In this document: positions 58,601-64,000 of the stretch, piece by piece
Layout of the letters: the number at the start of each line of letters is the position of its first letter
How positions within the stretch are numbered: position 1 is the first letter of the stretch
Origin: Candidatus Multivoradales bacterium
GTDB taxonomy: Bacteria > Acidobacteriota > Thermoanaerobaculia > Multivoradales > JAHEKO01
Direction: 5' to 3'
Assembly: GCA_965248055.1 (NCBI GenBank)
Contig: CBDFIJ010000004.1
Location: 3,281,973-3,345,972, forward strand
DNA length: 64,000 nucleotides
The notes under the pieces: model-generated
Database searches by the model: none
What the model saw: the letters and a program-made list of their open reading frames with translations, nothing else
Told to the model about the DNA's origin: nothing
Translations under genes and position numbers: made by a program

Positions 58601-59728
58601 ATGAGTTTGCCGCCAACCACTCCAAACACAGTTACAGAGCCGGTTGCACAACAGTTTCCGGCGATCACATGGCAGCGCCCGAGCGGTGTGGCCCGGTGCT
58701 ACCAGGGCCGATCGCTGTTGCTGATAGGAGTGGCGCTGGGACTGGTTTGTCTTGCTACTGTTATCGGATTGCTGTCGGTCCCGCGCATGTTTTCTGCTTG
58801 GGCGAATCGTAAGGAATATCGTTCCCAAACCGCCCAGCGAGAACTCTTGGGGCGACGACTTAACCTGCAGGTCGAGGCCTTGAGCGCCTTACAGCCGCGC
58901 ATCGCTGAGGGGCTTGAGTCAGCGTCGCGACTACGTCAAGCAGTCGGGCTTCAGTCCAAAGGGTTCGCGGTGGCGAGCCTTGGAGCGACCGGCGCCGCAA
59001 CCGATGCTGCAATCGGTGCGGGCAGGGCAGAGCAACCGGTAACCACTGGGCTTGATGACTCCTCGATCTACTTTGATTTGGCCTCCACCCGTCTGCAAAT
59101 TGAACGCACCGCCCGTTTGAGCCTCAACCAATGGGGTGCCGAGCTACAAGTGCTGGAGGAGTCACTGGTCCGGGACGAAAATGAGATCGGTCTGGCACCG
59201 ACCATCCTGCCGATTGTTGGCGAGCAAATGGCGTTGAGTGCTGACTTTGGTCGACAAGTTGATCGCTTGACCGAGACCACGGAGTTTCACGCTGGCCTAC
59301 TGTTCGCTATCGCCAAAGGGACCCGGGTCGTTGCGCCCGCAGCGGGGAGAGTGGTTTATACCGGATTGTTTCGATCTTCTCGGTCTTATTGGCAGCGTTA
59401 CGGCAAGATGGTGGTGTTGCGACACGGTGAGCGCTACATCAGCATCCTCGGGCACTGTGATCGAATCCGGGTCTCGCGTGGGCAGCGCGTGGAGCGGGGA
59501 GATTGGGTCGCGGACAGCGGTGAGAGCGGCTTGCCTCCCCATCCCGGGGTCTACTACGAGATCCGCAGGCGCGACATGGATCGCCCGGCGAGTGAAGGCT
59601 GGATTCCGCTGGACCCAAAGTTCTTTATTCTCAACTACCGTTGGCCGGGCGAGGAGTCTTGGCGTTCCGGTGGTGTCGCGCAGGTGGCGTCCGAATATGA
59701 TGGTTTGCCTTACGCCCTGCGCAAGTAA
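58601..59728 (+). CDS. M23-family peptidase domain protein (probably degenerate active site)
   Basis: FHAGL...GT.V.APA.G.V...YG..V.L.HG...V..G..V; HxxxD and HxH ligands are imperfect. Confidence 0.8.
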   Translation: MSLPPTTPNTVTEPVAQQFPAITWQRPSGVARCYQGRSLLLIGVALGLVCLATVIGLLSVPRMFSAWANRKEYRSQTAQRELLGRRLNLQVEALSALQPRIAEGLESASRLRQAVGLQSKGFAVASLGATGAATDAAIGAGRAEQPVTTGLDDSSIYFDLASTRLQIERTARLSLNQWGAELQVLEESLVRDENEIGLAPTILPIVGEQMALSADFGRQVDRLTETTEFHAGLLFAIAKGTRVVAPAAGRVVYTGLFRSSRSYWQRYGKMVVLRHGERYISILGHCDRIRVSRGQRVERGDWVADSGESGLPPHPGVYYEIRRRDMDRPASEGWIPLDPKFFILNYRWPGEESWRSGGVAQVASEYDGLPYALRK

Positions 59729-59850
59729 TCTCCAGAGGGCGGGGGACACAGTATTCGGCCCCAGTCTTCGATGAAAAAGAAACATTGATTGTGTCCGCAG
59801 TTTCTCCAGTCACTGCAACCGTAAGTCAATTCAACCAATAGAAAAACGCA

Positions 59851-60756
59851 ATGAGCACTCTCGCCCTATTACTGATCCTAGGTGCCGCGGTCGGTTATTC
59901 CGTCCTCGACATGTTGCGCAAGCTGCTGACTCGCGGCTTGAGTTCACTTGCGGTATTGCTGTGGATGACTTTGGGCGCGGCGCCATTCTTTGCTGCCTGG
60001 GTGGCAATACAGAGTGATTGGCAACTGCGATCAGGATATTGGTTTCCGGTGGTGGTAGCGATCAGCCTGCAGCTGGTGGCCAACTTGGCGTTTATCGAAG
60101 CCGTGCGTCGCTCGCCGTTGTCGGTGACTATCCCGTTGCTCTCCTTGACCCCGGTGTTCACTGCCATCGCGGCGATTCCGGCGCTCCGGGAGTGGCCCAG
60201 CCTCTGGGAGGGCGTAGGCATCATGATTGTCGTTGCCGGAGCCTGGTGGCTGGCTCGCTCATCGACTGGCGAGGACCAAGAGAACCGGGGATTTTGGGCA
60301 ACCCTCAAAAGCGAGCCGGGGGTTCCACTGATGACCCTCACGGCAATCACCTGGGCGGTGGCCGGCACCTTGGACAAAGTGGCCATGCAACAGCTTTCTT
60401 CGTCTGGCGGAGAATTGGGCAAAGTGGCGATGCACGGCCTGGTGATGAACCTGGGGGTCGCGATCGGCACTCTGGTCATCCTGCTCTCCCGAGGGGAGAC
60501 TCGCCAAGCGTTTCGAATCCGCGGTTCGGTCGGCTTGGTGATCGCTTCTGCGATCGCCGGCTCGGCTGCGCTGGCCTTTCAACTCAGCGCCATGCAAATC
60601 ACCCTGGTGGCCCTGGTGGAGACCGTCAAGCGTGGCATCAACACCATCCTCGCCCTCGGCCTGGGAGCACTGGTCTTTCGTGAGCGCTTAACTCTGCCCA
60701 AGTTGCTGGCTTGTGGGTTGATGGTGGCTGGGGTGGCTTTGATTCTTTTAACTTAA
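59851..60756 (+). CDS. DMT/EamA-family transporter
   Basis: About 10 TM helices in two repeats; PL.S.TPVF and LVFRE. Confidence 0.88.
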   Translation: MSTLALLLILGAAVGYSVLDMLRKLLTRGLSSLAVLLWMTLGAAPFFAAWVAIQSDWQLRSGYWFPVVVAISLQLVANLAFIEAVRRSPLSVTIPLLSLTPVFTAIAAIPALREWPSLWEGVGIMIVVAGAWWLARSSTGEDQENRGFWATLKSEPGVPLMTLTAITWAVAGTLDKVAMQQLSSSGGELGKVAMHGLVMNLGVAIGTLVILLSRGETRQAFRIRGSVGLVIASAIAGSAALAFQLSAMQITLVALVETVKRGINTILALGLGALVFRERLTLPKLLACGLMVAGVALILLT

Positions 60757-61369
60757 TTTTGAGATAGCCGGTATTTCGGAAGAGCCGACCGAATTATTGA
60801 AATTTCAGCGTTGGCAACATTGCTAATGCGCTGAAGTTATGGGCGTTGCATTCGCTTTCCTGCGGTTCGGCATTTTGAACCGATTATTTGCAAATTATTA
60901 TCCAGATTTGGTGTACAGGCTCCGTTAGCCGAATAAGGACCGAAGATCCGGGGCGTCGAAGATTCGATTGGGAGGGTGGTTTCCGAGCGCGAGTCGCGTG
61001 ACTCGCGGGTGAAGCAGGTCGTGTATGAGGATCTATGAGATCTGATAGCTGCCCCGTCGTTTGCAGCGCGAATCCATGGGAACCACGTTCTGAAGGAAAT
61101 GGTTGATGAGGTTGGATCCAGCCCGCGACGGCGGAGAATCTTGATTATTCTTCCGCAGCCATGATTCGGTATTGACGGTGAACGACCTTGGTCGTCCGGC
61201 GATCCCCTAGGGCCAGGGTCGCACCAGCGCGCCTGCGGCGGTTGGCACTGCGGCGTCCAGAAATTCTTCTGGGTTTTTCATTCTTCAACCTCGCGAATAA
61301 CGTTGGAGGCTTCGGCGGAAGCCAGCTGGATCCAGGGAACTCAAACACTGCGAGCCTATTACCAAAGGC

Positions 61370-61655
61370 GCGACCCCAGGCCGTCCGGCGCGGCATCGGC
61401 GAGAGCATCATCGCACCGTGACTAGCGTATCGCCTATGGAGATCTTGAACGGTGGATCGTCGCCCGTTTTGATGCTGAGCTCTTCACCTTTGCGCACGGT
61501 AACGAAGTCGCTTGCCGAACGCTGGCGGTCCATGTCTAGAACGATAACCCGCCGCCCTTTTTGAGCGTGGTGGACTGCTTGGTTGATGGCCACGGTGGTT
61601 TTGTCAGCGCCCCTTAATTGATACAAACAAACAGATCCTAAGAAAAACTCATCAT
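61370..61655 (-). pseudogene. Decayed ParA/MinD-family ATPase fragment
   Basis: (G)ADKTTVAINQAVHHAQKGRRVIVLDMDRQRSA resembles deviant Walker A plus DxDxQ; stops and frameshifts on either side. Confidence 0.6.
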
Positions 61656-61741
61656 CTTACGCACGCTTAGAAATGAATAATTAAGCAAGTTAGCAAGATT
61701 TAGTGTGCTATACATTGGATCCGTCCCGATTGTTGTGGAAA

Positions 61742-63110
61742 GAGTTATTGTCAAAAGTTGTGTATCGGGTCATCAGGCGGCGATCCGATTTTGTTTTTCT
61801 CCGTCCACGAAATGGACTCCTTCAACGACTTCGGCAATGCGCTTGTAGCCCTGTAGCCTTCGCCATCGTTTTTCAGCACTCTGACAGAGCTTGAAAACCA
61901 TCAAGAGCATGGTTTCTCGGCTCAGACATCCTCGAGTCTTGGCGGTTCTCAAGCGCACGGTGGCAAAGGTCGATTCGATTGGATTGGTGGTCCTCAAGTG
62001 CAGCCAGTGCTCAGCCGGGAAATCGTAGAAAGCGAGTAGTTGGTCGCGATCTTTGACCAAACACTGCACCGCTTTCGGATACTTAGCTTGGTAGATTGCC
62101 TGGAATGCATCAAAAGCCCTCTCGGCATCGTGACGTGTCTGCGCCATCCAGATTTGGTGGATTGCCTGCTTGGCCTTGGGCTGGATCGCCTTGGGGAGCT
62201 TATTCAAGACGTTGGCCGTCTTGTGGACCCAGCAGCGCTGGGTCTTGGTATTTCCCCACACCTGAGCCAGAGCCTTCCAGAAACCCAGATTGCCGTCACC
62301 GATTGCGATCTTAGGCTCGAATGTAAGGCCTCTTGCTTCCAGGCCTCGCAACAGCTCCAGCCATGACGCCTCACTCTCCCGGTAACCGTCTTCAACAGCG
62401 ATCAGTTCTTTGTTGCCGTCCGCAGTGGCACCAATTAACACCAGCAAGCAGAGCTTGGCGTTATCCAGGCGAGCCTTGCAGTAAATGCCGTCAGCCCATA
62501 CATAGACGTAGCGCTTGGACGAAAGATCGCGCTGCCGCCATTCGCTGTACTCCTGGCCCCAGACGCGTTTGAGGCGGCTCACCGTCGAAGACGAAAGACC
62601 TGGCGCTTCAGGGCCCACCAAAGCTTCCAGAGCTCGTGAGAAGTCCCCGGTAGAAATCCCCCGTAAGTATAGCCAGGGCAAGAGATCCGCGATGCTCTTG
62701 GACCGGCGCAGATACGGTGGCACTAGATTGGAGCGAAAATGAAGCTCACCCTGGCGATCCCGCACCCGTGGCACTTTGACCGAAATGCCGCCGATTCCGG
62801 TCTGGATCTCCCGCTCTGGCATGTAGCCGTTTCTCACCAACCGCCGGTGACCGACCGCCGTACGTTGATCTTGGTACTCAACCAAAAAACTCTCCACCTC
62901 TGCCTCGATTGCTTCGCAAAGAAGCAACCGTGAACCTCGGCGCAAGACCTCGGTCAGAGCGTCCTCAGGACGCTCTACTTGATCGATTGAAACTACATTA
63001 CTCTTGCTCAACGGCGTGTCCTCCTTTTGGGATGATTGAACCCAGCTTTGAAAACCGGGCTCAGGATACGCCGCCTTCAAACTCTCATACACAACTTTTG
63101 GTTATATCTC
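61742..63110 (-). mobile_element. Second IS256-family element, complete and nested
   Basis: IRs GAGtTAttgtCAAAAGTTGTGTAT / GAGaTAtaacCAAAAGTTGTGTAT; flanking TGTGGAAA duplication at 61734-61741 and 63112-63119. Confidence 0.93.
61773..63011 (-). CDS. IS256-family transposase
   Basis: RNGY.P.R...VPRVRDR, WADGIY, GDG.LGFW, QRCWVHK and RTTNPIES.F; TTG start after GGAGGA. Confidence 0.95.
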   Translation of the reverse strand: MSKSNVVSIDQVERPEDALTEVLRRGSRLLLCEAIEAEVESFLVEYQDQRTAVGHRRLVRNGYMPEREIQTGIGGISVKVPRVRDRQGELHFRSNLVPPYLRRSKSIADLLPWLYLRGISTGDFSRALEALVGPEAPGLSSSTVSRLKRVWGQEYSEWRQRDLSSKRYVYVWADGIYCKARLDNAKLCLLVLIGATADGNKELIAVEDGYRESEASWLELLRGLEARGLTFEPKIAIGDGNLGFWKALAQVWGNTKTQRCWVHKTANVLNKLPKAIQPKAKQAIHQIWMAQTRHDAERAFDAFQAIYQAKYPKAVQCLVKDRDQLLAFYDFPAEHWLHLRTTNPIESTFATVRLRTAKTRGCLSRETMLLMVFKLCQSAEKRWRRLQGYKRIAEVVEGVHFVDGEKQNRIAA

Positions 63111-63183
63111 GTGTGGAAATTGAGAAAGGCGTAACCTCCGGTAGTCAAAAACCGTCGCCGAGTAGGCGAAAGGAGGCTACGCC

Positions 63184-64000
63184 ATGGACAAGAGTACCAA
63201 TCAGAGACCGGAATCATCTCGTTTCCACCAAGATATTCAGTCAAAGCTTCAGCACCGTATCCGGGAAGCAATCGAAATAGTTCTAGAAGAAGAGCTTGCT
63301 GACGCATTGGGTTGTGTTGCGTACGAGCGCTCAGATGAGCGCTCGGGCTATCGCAACGGCAAACAAGAGCGGACGATCACGACCCGATACGGATCCCGGC
63401 AACTGCGAATTCCTCGTGGTCGGGTAGTAGGCCAAGATGGATCCACTGAGGAGTTTCAAAGCCATCTTGTTGAGCGCTACCAGCGGCGCACCCGAGAGGT
63501 GGATGAAGCGATTCTCGGCTGCTACCTAGCAGGGGCCAACAGCCGTCGGATCAAGAAGGCCTTGACTCCACTGCTGGGCAGGGAGCATCTATCCAAGAGC
63601 GCTGTGTCTCGGGTGGTATCTCGTTTGAAGGAGCACTTTGCCCGTTGGAGTGAGCGAGGCCTGTCTGAGGAAAGCTACCCGATCTTGTTTCTTGATGGCT
63701 TTCACTTGAAAGTGCGGCTTGCTCGGCGAGTGGTGTCAGCTCCGGTGCTGGCTGCTCTGGGGGTAAGAGAAGATGGCACCAAAGTCCTGGTAGCTCTACG
63801 GTTAGCAGCCAGTGAGGCAGGCAGTCACTGGAAGTGGTTGATTGAAGATCTTAAACGCAGGGGCTTGAAAGCACCGCATCTCCTGGTCTCAGACGGCCAC
63901 AAGGGTTTGGCGGTGGGAGTCAGGGCTTGGCCAGAGGCCAAAGTCCAGCGTTGTATCCAGCACAAGTGAGAAAACCTGAAGAAGTACTGCCCTAAGCATG
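63184..64000 (+). pseudogene. IS256 transposase with a premature stop
   Basis: Near-identical to 6534-7733, but TGG>TGA at 63967-63969; homology continues past the stop. Confidence 0.8.

Larger units (their letters stand above)
61717..64000 (+). mobile_element. Second copy of the 6459-7822 IS256 (runs off the window), with its left end split by the nested IS
   Basis: GGATCCGTCCCGATTGTTGTGGAAA at 61717 continues as TTGAGAAAGGCGTAACC from 63120. Confidence 0.92.

Overview
Bacterial chromosomal window of roughly 60% GC. The gene content (spoVG, TPR-lipoprotein-tRNA-Gln cluster, Ig-like/ASH and FG-GAP proteins) is compatible with an Acidobacteriota-like organism, but that is inference only. Most of the window is housekeeping or envelope genes: sdhAB, psd/pssA, ilvE, fabH, an FKBP, rnd, a DEAD-box helicase, smc, pyrR-pyrB-pyrC and suhB. 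There are three accessory zones. (1) A ~10 kb hotspot (2.6-12.5 kb) lies between the convergent sdhAB and psd-pssA operons. It begins with an unusual integrase-free array in which toxin-antitoxin and unknown cargo genes alternate with diverged copies of the last 126-162 bp of sdhB. A stack of IS110, IS256 and IS3-like elements and a broken type I R-M locus follow. (2) A small accessory region after tRNA-Gln holds a 349-bp hybrid IS3-derived miniature element. (3) The right end has a decayed parA-like gene and one IS256 nested inside another. The sdhB-tail cassette array is the best candidate for an undescribed system. All alignments and counts were done by eye.
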